A stretch of DNA of 64,000 bases from Acidisphaera sp. (GTDB lineage: Bacteria > Pseudomonadota > Alphaproteobacteria > Acetobacterales > Acetobacteraceae): NCBI GenBank assembly GCA_019240395.1, contig JAFAYM010000161.1, forward strand, positions 26,789 through 90,788. Direction: 5' to 3'. How positions within the stretch are numbered: the stretch's first letter is position 1; each line of letters begins with the position of its first letter. The notes below the pieces were generated by a model that was not told the origin of the DNA, did not search any database, and worked only from the letters and a program-made list of their open reading frames with translations. A program made the position numbers and the translations under genes. Positions 8,912 to 16,620 of this stretch are shown one piece after another.

Positions 8912-9826
8912 ATGACGCTGGTTCCTTTCGACGACCGGGATGGCCTGATCTGGTACGACGGCGCCCTGGTGGCTTGGCGCGAGGCGCGGCTGCATGTCCT
9001 TTCGCACGGGCTGCACTATGCCAGCGCGATCTTCGAGGGCGAGCGCGCCTATGGCGGCAGCATCTTCCGGCTGCGCGAGCACACCGAGCGGCTGATCGCC
9101 TCGGGCGCCATCCTCGGCTTTCAGATCCCCTGGAGTGCCGCAACGATCGACGCGGCATGCCGGGAGGTGCTGGCTGCGAACGGTCTTTCGGACGCCTATG
9201 TGCGGCCGGTCGCCTGGCGCGGCACCGAGCAGCTGGCGGTCGCCGGCGCGGGAACCCGCATCCACCTGGCGATCGCCTGCTGGGAGTGGCCGAACGTGTT
9301 CGGCGCGGACCGCATGGGCGGCCGGCGGATGTGCATCGCCGACTGGAAGCGGCCGCATCCGGAGACCGCGCCGGTGCGCTCCAAGGCCTCCGGGCTCTAC
9401 ATGATCGGCACGCTGGCCAAGAACGCCGCCGAGGCCGCGGGCTATGACGATGCGCTGATGCTGGACTGGCGCGGCCAGGTGGCGGAGGCGACCGGGGCGA
9501 ACGTGTTCTTCGTGATCGACGGCGAGCTGCACACGCCGGTGCCGGACTGTTTTCTTGACGGCATCACGCGGCGCACGGTGATGGCGCTGGCGCGGCAGCG
9601 GCAGATGAAGGTTGTGGAGCGGGCGATCATGCCCGAGGAGATGGCGCGCGCCTCAGAGGCGTTCCTGGCCGGCACTGCGGCCGAGATTTCGGCGGTGCGC
9701 CAGATCGGGCCCTATTCCTTCACCCCCGGTGACGTCACGGCGACGCTGCTGGGCGATTTCGAGAAGCTGGTGAGGCGAGGGAACGTTCCTCGGCTGACGG
9801 CAAAGCCGTTGGAAACCGCTACCTGA
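8912..9826 (+). CDS. ilvE: Branched-chain amino acid aminotransferase (class IV)
   Basis: 304 aa. HGLHYASAIFEGERAY, KASGLYMIGTLAKNAAEAAGYDDALMLD, EATGANVFFV, LDGITRRTV are typical IlvE blocks. Confidence 0.9.
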   Translation: MTLVPFDDRDGLIWYDGALVAWREARLHVLSHGLHYASAIFEGERAYGGSIFRLREHTERLIASGAILGFQIPWSAATIDAACREVLAANGLSDAYVRPVAWRGTEQLAVAGAGTRIHLAIACWEWPNVFGADRMGGRRMCIADWKRPHPETAPVRSKASGLYMIGTLAKNAAEAAGYDDALMLDWRGQVAEATGANVFFVIDGELHTPVPDCFLDGITRRTVMALARQRQMKVVERAIMPEEMARASEAFLAGTAAEISAVRQIGPYSFTPGDVTATLLGDFEKLVRRGNVPRLTAKPLETAT

Positions 9827-10298
9827 AGTAAAGGGGTCTGGGGCCGACGGGCCCCAGCGGGGTTGAGGGGCAGAGCCCCTCACCTTCCTTGGCCTCGACC
9901 CAGGCCTCTTTTCCGTCGGCGAAGCGCTCCTTTTTCCAGAACGGCGCTCCGGTCTTGAGCCAGTCGATCAGGAACGTGGTGGCCTCCAGCGCCGCCTGCC
10001 GATGCCCGCTCGCCGCCAGCACCAGCACGATCCCCTCGCCCGGCGTGAGACGGCCGATCCGATGGATGAGGGTGCATCCGAGCAGGTCCCAGCGCTGCTC
10101 CGCCTGCTCGGCGATGCCGGCCAATGCCCGCTCGGTCATGCCGGGGTAGTGCTCGAGCGTCATCGCGGTGATGCCGCCGGTGGCGCGCACCACGCCGACG
10201 AAGCAGCCGATGCCGCCGATCCCCGTGCGACCCGCGGTGAGGGCGGCCATCTCGGCGCCGACGTCGAACGGCTCGGCCTGCACCCGGACGGTGGCCAT
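9819..10298 (-). CDS. moaE: Molybdopterin synthase catalytic subunit MoaE (C-terminal about 21 codons encoded by the repeat element)
   Basis: MoaE blocks are FVGVVR, LEHYPGM, VLVLAASGHRQAA and IDWLKTGAPFWKKE. The tail EGEGLCPSTPLGPVGPRPLYFR is the translation of the family A repeat. Confidence 0.85.
   Translation of the reverse strand: MATVRVQAEPFDVGAEMAALTAGRTGIGGIGCFVGVVRATGGITAMTLEHYPGMTERALAGIAEQAEQRWDLLGCTLIHRIGRLTPGEGIVLVLAASGHRQAALEATTFLIDWLKTGAPFWKKERFADGKEAWVEAKEGEGLCPSTPLGPVGPRPLYFR
9822..9886. repeat. Family A MITE-like element, half copy
   Basis: CCTGAAGTAAAGGGGTCTGGGGCCGACGGGCCCCAGCGGGGTTGAGGGGCAGAGCCCCTCACCTT. Nearly identical to the right half of the full copy at 19546-19672. 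Confidence 0.85.
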
Positions 10299-10565
10299 TC
10301 AGCCCCCGGTCACCGGCGGGAAGAAGGCCACTTCGTCCCCCGCGCGGACCGGCGTCTCCGGCCCGGCGAAGTCCTGGTTGACCGCGCAGCGGACGGTGCG
10401 GGCGTTGGCCAGGGCAGCGGCGTAGCCGGGTCCGCGCCCGCGCAACCAAGCCAGCAGGTCGCCCACCGTGCCGACCCCCTCGGGGAGGGTTATGACCTCC
10501 TCGGCCTTGCCGACCCGCTCCCGCAACCAGGCGAAATAGAGCAAATGGAGGTCGGACCCCCTCAT
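10299..10565 (-). CDS. moaD: Molybdopterin synthase sulfur carrier subunit MoaD
   Basis: 88 aa, ends in FFPPVTGG (the MoaD/ThiS C-terminal GG). Directly upstream of moaE (adjacent stop and start). Confidence 0.85.
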   Translation of the reverse strand: MRGSDLHLLYFAWLRERVGKAEEVITLPEGVGTVGDLLAWLRGRGPGYAAALANARTVRCAVNQDFAGPETPVRAGDEVAFFPPVTGG

Positions 10566-10595
10566 CCCGATCCCCTCATCCCGATCCCCTCATCG
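10561..10595. repeat. 14-bp tandem repeat, 2.5 copies (CTCATCCCGATCCC)
   Basis: CTCAT recurs at 10561, 10575 and 10589. On the minus strand this is GATGAGGGGATCGG x3. It contains the upstream gene stop and the moaD ATG. Confidence 0.9.
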
Positions 10596-11195
10596 AGGTG
10601 TCGGCACGGTGGTGATGCTGCCGTCCGGCGCGATGATCGTCGTCGTGCCGTTGCCGTTCGGCACGGCGATGCCGCCGCTGGTGCCGTTCGGCGCCGTCAG
10701 CGTGTCGATGCCGCCGCTCGGCGTGCCGAGCATCGGGCCGTGCGGCGTCAGATAGGTCCGGCTTCCCGGAGCCGGCGCGGCGGGTGTCGCCGGTCGCGGT
10801 GCGACCCCGGCAGGCGGGGGTGCGGTCAGTCCGGGCTGGGTCTCGGGCGGCGGTGTCGAGCTGCCGCGGCGGGTGGGCAGCCGGGGCATCTGTTCCTGCG
10901 GCGGTACCACCGACATGGTCGGCCCGTTCGGCAGGGTCGGGCTGGTGCCCTGGTTGCCCTGCTGCTCGAGGTCGGCGAGCGTCGGCTCGGGCGCCGCCGG
11001 TCCTGGCCAGACGTTGCCGGGCTCGGGCTTCAGCGGCTCCTCGTCCACTGCTTGGGCCCGCACCCGGCGCATGTTCTCGCTGTCGCCGATCGGCCGGTTC
11101 GGGTTGACCAGGAAGGTATGGGTGTCTCCGACGAAGGTGTCGAAGCCGCAGCCGGGGAGCAGCAGGGCCATACCAAGCAGGGCGATACGCCGCAT
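10590..11195 (-). CDS. Proline-rich lipoprotein, unknown function
   Basis: ATG at 11195 gives MRRIALLGMALLLPGCGFD (lipobox LPGC). The remainder is Pro/Gly/Thr-rich low complexity. Confidence 0.5.
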   Translation of the reverse strand: MRRIALLGMALLLPGCGFDTFVGDTHTFLVNPNRPIGDSENMRRVRAQAVDEEPLKPEPGNVWPGPAAPEPTLADLEQQGNQGTSPTLPNGPTMSVVPPQEQMPRLPTRRGSSTPPPETQPGLTAPPPAGVAPRPATPAAPAPGSRTYLTPHGPMLGTPSGGIDTLTAPNGTSGGIAVPNGNGTTTIIAPDGSITTVPTPR

Positions 11196-11273
11196 GAACG
11201 GGAGATCCTCGCGAAGGCGGGCGAATGTGCCTGCTCCGCCTGTGCTGCTCAAGTTTCTCAATAATCTCCTTTC

Positions 11274-11789
11274 TCAATAATCTCCGCTCACCCCGGGCCG
11301 GCCGCGGACGAAATCCCCGATCCACCGGGCGATCGCCGGCGGGTCGTCCAGCGGCAGCAGCGCCCGGTCGCAATCGCGGAGTGCGGCGTCGCTGGCGACG
11401 GCAACGACGTCCGGGCGGTCTGGCCACAGTCTCGGGAGGCCCAGCGCGGGGCGATACACCTCCAGCTTGGGATGGGGATGCGCCTTGAACCCCTCCACCA
11501 GCACCAGATCGACCGGCGCCAGCCGGGTCAGCAGCTCGGCGAGCGGCGGCTCGGCGCCGGCATTCTCGTGCATCAACGCCCAGCGGGCGCTGCTGGCCAC
11601 CAGCACCTCGCGCGCGCCCGCCTGGCGGTGGCGGTAGCTGTCCTTGCCGGGCTGGTCGACGTCGAAGCGGTGGTGCGCGTGCTTGACCGTCGAGACCGAC
11701 ATCCCTTGCCCGATCAGAAGCGGCAGTACCGCGGTCAGCAGGGTGGTTTTGCCGCTGCCGGACCAGCCGGCCAAGCCGAGGACGAGCAA
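11274..11789 (-). CDS. mobB: Molybdopterin-guanine dinucleotide biosynthesis adaptor protein MobB
   Basis: 171 aa with an N-terminal P-loop GWSGSGKTTLL, then VKHAHHRFDVDQPGKDSYRH and LVLVEGFK. Confidence 0.85.
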   Translation of the reverse strand: MLVLGLAGWSGSGKTTLLTAVLPLLIGQGMSVSTVKHAHHRFDVDQPGKDSYRHRQAGAREVLVASSARWALMHENAGAEPPLAELLTRLAPVDLVLVEGFKAHPHPKLEVYRPALGLPRLWPDRPDVVAVASDAALRDCDRALLPLDDPPAIARWIGDFVRGRPGVSGDY

Positions 11790-11798
11790 GGGACCTCT

Positions 11799-12398
11799 TT
11801 ACGGCTGGCGGAGCGCATCCCGGGGCCGCGGAGCTGCGGCATGCCGCAGCCCAGCGGTGAGATAGTCCCAACCGGTCAGCAGGGTGAGCAGCGCCGCCAC
11901 CCAGAGAGCAGTCTCCCCGAGGGCGGCGACCGGCAGGAAGCCAAGATGCAGCAGGGAAGCGGAACTGTCGCCGGCCAGCAGCATGCCGAGGGCAGCCATC
12001 TGCACGCCGGTCTTCCACTTGGCCAGCCTGGTCACCGGCAGGCCGACGCGCACCCCGGCCAGGTACTCCCGCAGGCCGCTCACCAGGATCTCGCGCAGCA
12101 TGATAACGATCGCCGGGTAGAGCCCCCAGGCGCTCACCCTGGCCTCGCCGACCAGCAGCATCAGGGTGGCGCCGACCAGCAGCTTGTCGGCGATCGGGTC
12201 GAGCATGCGGCCGAAGGCCGAGATCTGGCGGCGCTCGCGGGCCAGCCGGCCGTCGAAGTAATCGGTGACGGCGGCGGCGCTGAACACCACGCAGGCCGCC
12301 AGGTCGGCGGCCGGATCATGCACCGCCACCAGCGCCACCAGCAGGGGAATGGCGGCGATCCGCGACAGGGTCAGCAGGTTCGGCAATTCGGTCAGCAT
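11799..12398 (-). CDS. pgsA: CDP-alcohol phosphatidyltransferase (PgsA-like)
   Basis: ATG at 12398 (MLTELPNLLTLSRI...). CDP-alcohol motif DYFDGRLARERRQISAFGRMLDPIADK. Confidence 0.8.
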   Translation of the reverse strand: MLTELPNLLTLSRIAAIPLLVALVAVHDPAADLAACVVFSAAAVTDYFDGRLARERRQISAFGRMLDPIADKLLVGATLMLLVGEARVSAWGLYPAIVIMLREILVSGLREYLAGVRVGLPVTRLAKWKTGVQMAALGMLLAGDSSASLLHLGFLPVAALGETALWVAALLTLLTGWDYLTAGLRHAAAPRPRDALRQP

Positions 12399-12501
12399 GC
12401 TGCGCCACCGGGGGTGCCGCCGAGGTTTAGTTGCTGGCGCGCGGGAAGGCCAGAGAAAGCCCGGCGACAGTCCCGATTCCGCAGCCGGCGGGCTAATGCC
12501 G

Positions 12502-14085
12502 CTAGCTCGGCCCCTGGCTCTCCAGCATCCGGCGGAGCAGCTCGACATCATCGGCGAACCCCGCGTCGCGCTCCATCAGCTCGGCCACCCGGGCGATGGC
12601 GTGCATCACCGTGGTGTGGTCGCGATTGCCGAACTTGCGGCCGATCTCGGGCAGGCTGCGGCTGGTCAGCTGCTTGGCCAGCCACATCGCCACCTGGCGC
12701 GGCCGGGCGACAGCGCGGGCGCGGCGCGCCGAGGACATGTCGGTCAGCCGGATGTTCCAGTGCTCGGCGACGCGTTTCTGGATCTCCTCGATGGTCACCC
12801 GCCGGTCGTGCGCCTTGAGGATGTCATGCAGCACTTCCTGCGTGGTCTCCAGGGTCAAGGTGCGGCCGAACAGGTTGACATGCGCGATCAGCCGGTTCAG
12901 CGCGCCTTCGAGCTCGCGCACGTTCGAGGTGATCTTGTGCGCCAGGAACTCCAGCACTTTCTGCGGCACGGTGACCTCGGCGCGCGCCGCCTTGGCCTCG
13001 AGGATGGAGATGCGCAGCTCGAAAGTGGTGGCGTGCAGATCGGCCACCATGCCGCAGCCGAGCCGGGTGCGCAGCCGGTCCTCGATCCCCGACAGGTCCG
13101 AGGGCGACTTGTCCGCCGACACGACGATCTGCTTGCCGGCGTCGACCAGGGCGTTGAAGGTGTGGAAAAACTCTTCCTGGGTGTTGTCCTTGCCGATGAG
13201 GAACTGCAGGTCGTCGACCATCAGCACGTCGACGCTGCGCAACTGCTCCTTGAACTGCATCGTCGACTGGCTGCGGATTGCCGAGATGAAGCGGTACATG
13301 AACTTCTCGGCGGACATGTAGGCGACCGAGACCCCGACCCCCGGCTTGCTTCGCGGACTTCCGGGCTGGTTTCGGGGGTCATCGGAACGGCCCACCAGCT
13401 CCCAGGCAATGGCGTGCATCAGGTGGGTCTTGCCGAGCCCGACGCCGCCGTAGAGGAAGAGCGGGTTGAAACCCTGGCTGGCCGGGCGTTCGGCCACCCG
13501 GCGCGCGCAGGCATAGGCGAACTCATTGGGTTTGCCGACGACGAAGCTGTCGAAGTCGAAGCGCCGGTCGAGCGGCGCCGCCACGTCGTTCATGCGATCG
13601 GGCATCCGCTCGGCCCGATCCTCGGCTTCCGCCTCGCCGCGCCCCGGGCGGGCAGCCTGGTGCGCAGCGGGAGTCTGGTCGAGGCTTTCGGCGAGGCGCC
13701 GTGCGCCGACCCGGATGTCGACCCGGCGGACGCTCCGGTTCTCGGCCTGCCAGAGCGTGTTCAGCCGGTCGCCGTAGTGGCTGCGCACCCAGTCGCGCAG
13801 GAAGCGCGTCGGCAGCTGCACCGTCACCTCGTCCCCGTCGAGGCCGGCGAGGGTCATCTGCCGCAGCCAGGAGCGGTACTCGACTTCGCCGACTTCGCAT
13901 TGCAGGCGGCCGCGCACGCGCGTCCACTGTTCAGCCAGCGAGGCGCCATCCGCGGCAGCCGTCTCCACAGCTGCCATGGCGGTGGCGTCGGCGGGAGCAT
14001 CGTAGGGTTCCTTCGGTGCCGCGTGCTCCGCGGAGGAGAAGAAATCGTGCTCCATGCCACCGTCTGAAACCATTGACTGCACCAC
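12502..14085 (-). CDS. dnaA: Chromosomal replication initiator protein DnaA
   Basis: AAA+ Walker A GGVGLGKTHL, Walker B VLMVDDLQF, sensor SNVRELEGALNRL, and the domain IV DnaA signature FGNRDHTTVMHA. Start is uncertain (GTG 14085, ATG 14073 or ATG 14055). Confidence 0.95.
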   Translation of the reverse strand: MVQSMVSDGGMEHDFFSSAEHAAPKEPYDAPADATAMAAVETAAADGASLAEQWTRVRGRLQCEVGEVEYRSWLRQMTLAGLDGDEVTVQLPTRFLRDWVRSHYGDRLNTLWQAENRSVRRVDIRVGARRLAESLDQTPAAHQAARPGRGEAEAEDRAERMPDRMNDVAAPLDRRFDFDSFVVGKPNEFAYACARRVAERPASQGFNPLFLYGGVGLGKTHLMHAIAWELVGRSDDPRNQPGSPRSKPGVGVSVAYMSAEKFMYRFISAIRSQSTMQFKEQLRSVDVLMVDDLQFLIGKDNTQEEFFHTFNALVDAGKQIVVSADKSPSDLSGIEDRLRTRLGCGMVADLHATTFELRISILEAKAARAEVTVPQKVLEFLAHKITSNVRELEGALNRLIAHVNLFGRTLTLETTQEVLHDILKAHDRRVTIEEIQKRVAEHWNIRLTDMSSARRARAVARPRQVAMWLAKQLTSRSLPEIGRKFGNRDHTTVMHAIARVAELMERDAGFADDVELLRRMLESQGPS

Positions 14086-14558
14086 CGCACGGTTGGGCGA
14101 ACCACTGAGAACGCGACGTCACGCCGCCGCCAACGCACGTTCCGGGGCTTCGCTGCGCACAGCGATGCCGAAGAAGAGACGACACTCTCTGTGGTTCACG
14201 AGGTTGTAATGCTTACTCCACGCCGGGAACGGCAGGCAATGGCCAATCGGGAGTGCAAGCGTACCAAAAACGATCGGAGCGGTTATTCTAGGAAATACTG
14301 TGCGAGTGCCTAGAAGTTCTAGCAGGCTGGCTTAACGTGAGGGGCTAACCCGCGAACATTTCAAAGAATGCAGGCAGAGTCTTGATGTCACTCGGCCAAG
14401 CTGGTCACCCGGCGCCCTGCCACGGTCTCTTCAGGCATAGTCATCTCGGTGGGGGAAGACGTCAAGCGCGCCGGCCCACGATGACCCAGCACGTGCGCGC
14501 GCGGTTGGATCGCAACAGGCTGCGCCGCGCTGGGCGCGGCATGCGGCGCGCAAAAGGC
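14086..14558. promoter_or_regulatory. dnaA upstream region with a locally AT-richer core (about 14180-14400): presumed dnaA promoter/leader
   Basis: 473-bp non-coding gap between rpsT and dnaA. It has a 7/9 DnaA-box-like TGTGGTTCA at 14190-14198 and the inverted repeat TTCTAGG-N16-CCTAGAA at 14286-14315, with a third TTCTAG at 14317. One GANTC site lies at 14377. Confidence 0.3.
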
Positions 14559-14828
14559 TCAGGCTTTCGCCAGCGCCTTGATGCGGGCCGAGAGGCGGGA
14601 AAGCTTGCGCGCGATGGTGTTCTTGTGCGCGATGCTGCGGGTCGCGGCGCGCTGCATCTCCGGCTGCGCAGCGCGCAATGCCGTCGCAGCGGCGTCCTTG
14701 TCGCCGCTCGAGATCGCCGTCTCCACCTTCTTGATGAAGGTGCGCATGCGCGAGCGTCGTGCCTGGTTGCGCTCGGTGCGGCGCTCGATCTGCCGGATGC
14801 GCTTGCGCGCGGAAGCGGTGTTCGCCAT
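14559..14828 (-). CDS. rpsT: 30S ribosomal protein S20
   Basis: 89 aa: [30 protein letters not shown]... Confidence 0.95.
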   Translation of the reverse strand: MANTASARKRIRQIERRTERNQARRSRMRTFIKKVETAISSGDKDAAATALRAAQPEMQRAATRSIAHKNTIARKLSRLSARIKALAKA

Positions 14829-14896
14829 GGATCTGACTTGTCGGTTTTAACTTACGTTGTGGTCGGGCTTGCAGTGCGATCAGGAACCGGGTTGCG

Positions 14897-14938
14897 ATAA
14901 AACGCGCACCGCCGGCAGCAAGCTGCCGGCAGCGGCGG
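14897..14938 (-). terminator. Candidate intrinsic terminator after the enoyl-CoA hydratase gene
   Basis: 8-bp GC stem GCCGGCAG-CAAG-CTGCCGGC (14911-14930). On the minus strand it is followed after 8 nt by TTTTA. The spacing is not ideal. Confidence 0.45.
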
Positions 14939-14999
14939 TTAGGTGTTCTAGGCAGCCGCCCCGCGCAAGTCAACCGGCGCCAGTCAGGCGTTGTACCGG

Positions 15000-15773
15000 T
15001 CAACCACGTCGGCTGAACACCGGCTTGCGCTTGCCGACGAACGCGGTCATGCCCTCCTTCTGGTCGGCGGTGCCGAACAGCGACAGAAACAGCGCCCGCT
15101 CGACGCGCACGCCCTCGGTCAGCATGGTGTCGAAGGCGCGGTTCACCGCCTGCTTGGCCATCGTCACCGCCACCGGCGACAGCGCGGCGATACGCTCGCC
15201 CATCTTGATCGCCTCGGTCACCAGTTCGCCCGCGGGCACCACGCGCGAGACCAGGTTGGACCGCTCCGCCTCCGCGGCATCCATCATCCGCCCGGTCAGG
15301 ATCTGTTCCATTGATTTGGACTTGCCGACCGCGCGGGTCAGCCGCTGGGTGCCGCCGGCGCCGGGAATGACGCCGAGATTGATCTCGGGCTGGCCGAACT
15401 TCGCGTTATCGGCGGCGAGGATGATATCGCACATCATCGCCAGCTCGCACCCGCCGCCGAGCGCAAACCCGGCGACCGCCGCGATCACCGGCTTGCTGAC
15501 CCGCAGGATGGTCTCCCAGCGGGCGATGAAATCGTCCAGCATCACCGCGGGGAAGGTGCGGTCCTGCATCTCCTTGATGTCGGCGCCGGCGGCGAACGCC
15601 TTCTCGGAGCCGGTGAGCACGATTGCGCCGATCGCCGGATCGCGGTCCCAGGCCAGCAGCTGTTCGCCGAGTTCGGCCATCAGCTGATCGCAGAGCGCGT
15701 TCAGCGCCTGTGGCCGGTTCAGCCGCACCAGCCCCACCGGCCCGTGCGTCTCGGTCAGGATCATCTCGGCCAT
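15000..15773 (-). CDS. Enoyl-CoA hydratase (crotonase family)
   Basis: ATG at 15773 ([27 protein letters not shown]). [15 protein letters not shown] and [19 protein letters not shown] are typical crotonase oxyanion-hole segments. Confidence 0.85.
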   Translation of the reverse strand: MAEMILTETHGPVGLVRLNRPQALNALCDQLMAELGEQLLAWDRDPAIGAIVLTGSEKAFAAGADIKEMQDRTFPAVMLDDFIARWETILRVSKPVIAAVAGFALGGGCELAMMCDIILAADNAKFGQPEINLGVIPGAGGTQRLTRAVGKSKSMEQILTGRMMDAAEAERSNLVSRVVPAGELVTEAIKMGERIAALSPVAVTMAKQAVNRAFDTMLTEGVRVERALFLSLFGTADQKEGMTAFVGKRKPVFSRRG

Positions 15774-15966
15774 TCGTCTTCTCTCCATGAGCGTGATCGC
15801 CTGAATCGGAACGGCGGAGGCTTCGATCACGCGATCAGATAAGGTCCGCGGCTTCTAGCCGGATTGTGACCGGGCCGGAAGCTGGGCGACAATGGTCCGG
15901 CGGCGCCGATTGTGGCACCCCGCCTGCCGACGATGATGTCGGCGAGCGATCGGGAAACGAGGGCGG

Positions 15967-16620
15967 ATGGCGGCGATCTTTCGTCCAAGTGCGAACCTCG
16001 CCGCCAAGGTCGTTTTGCTCGGCATGGCGGCGCTGCTGGCGGGCGGCACCGGGTGGTGGCTGGTCTGGCCGCGTACCGACTGGTCGCGCCGCGTCGGCTG
16101 GGTGATCGATCAGCCCGTGCCGTTCAGCCACGAGCACCACGTCGCCGGGCTCGGCATCGATTGCCGGTTCTGCCACACCTCCGTCGAGGTGTCGTCCAAC
16201 GCCGGCATGCCGCCGACCTATACCTGCATGACCTGCCACTCGCAGATCTGGACCAATGCGGAGTTGCTGGCACCGGTGCGCGAGAGCCTGGCGCAAGGCC
16301 GGCCGATCGCCTGGAATGTCGTCAACGACATTCCGCAATACGTCTATTTCAACCACTCCATCCACATCGCCAAGGGCGTCGGCTGCGCCAGTTGCCACGG
16401 CAGCGTCGACCGCATGGCGCTGACCTACAAGGCGTCCAGCTTCACCATGCAGTTCTGCCTGAACTGCCACCGTGATCCAGGCCCCAATCTGCGCCCGAAG
16501 GAAGCGATCTATGACACCGAGTGGCACCGCACCGCCGACACGCCCTCGCCGGCGGCGCTGATGCAGCAATACGGCGTGCCCAATCGCGACCTCACGGACT
16601 GCTCGATCTGTCACCGATGA
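15967..16620 (+). CDS. actA: Alternative Complex III subunit ActA (pentahaem cytochrome c)
   Basis: N-terminal TM helix plus five CXXCH motifs (CRFCH, CMTCH, CASCH, CLNCH, CSICH). First gene of an act-type cluster. Confidence 0.8.
   Translation: MAAIFRPSANLAAKVVLLGMAALLAGGTGWWLVWPRTDWSRRVGWVIDQPVPFSHEHHVAGLGIDCRFCHTSVEVSSNAGMPPTYTCMTCHSQIWTNAELLAPVRESLAQGRPIAWNVVNDIPQYVYFNHSIHIAKGVGCASCHGSVDRMALTYKASSFTMQFCLNCHRDPGPNLRPKEAIYDTEWHRTADTPSPAALMQQYGVPNRDLTDCSICHR

Noticed and set aside
12265-14067. 600-aa plus-strand ORF
   Set aside because: It is antisense to dnaA, and the DnaA reading frame is unambiguous.
14523-14539. Hairpin GCCGCGC-TGG-GCGCGGC just downstream of rpsT as an intrinsic terminator
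   Set aside because: The 7-bp stem is perfect, but no U-tract follows on the rpsT strand, so evidence is insufficient.
14086-14558. Calling this region oriC
   Set aside because: Only one weak DnaA-box-like site is present, and there is no convincing CtrA box (the TTAAC...CTAAC spacing is N9, not N7). AT enrichment is modest, and oriC is often not dnaA-linked in alphaproteobacteria. GC-skew cannot be computed from a 64-kb window.
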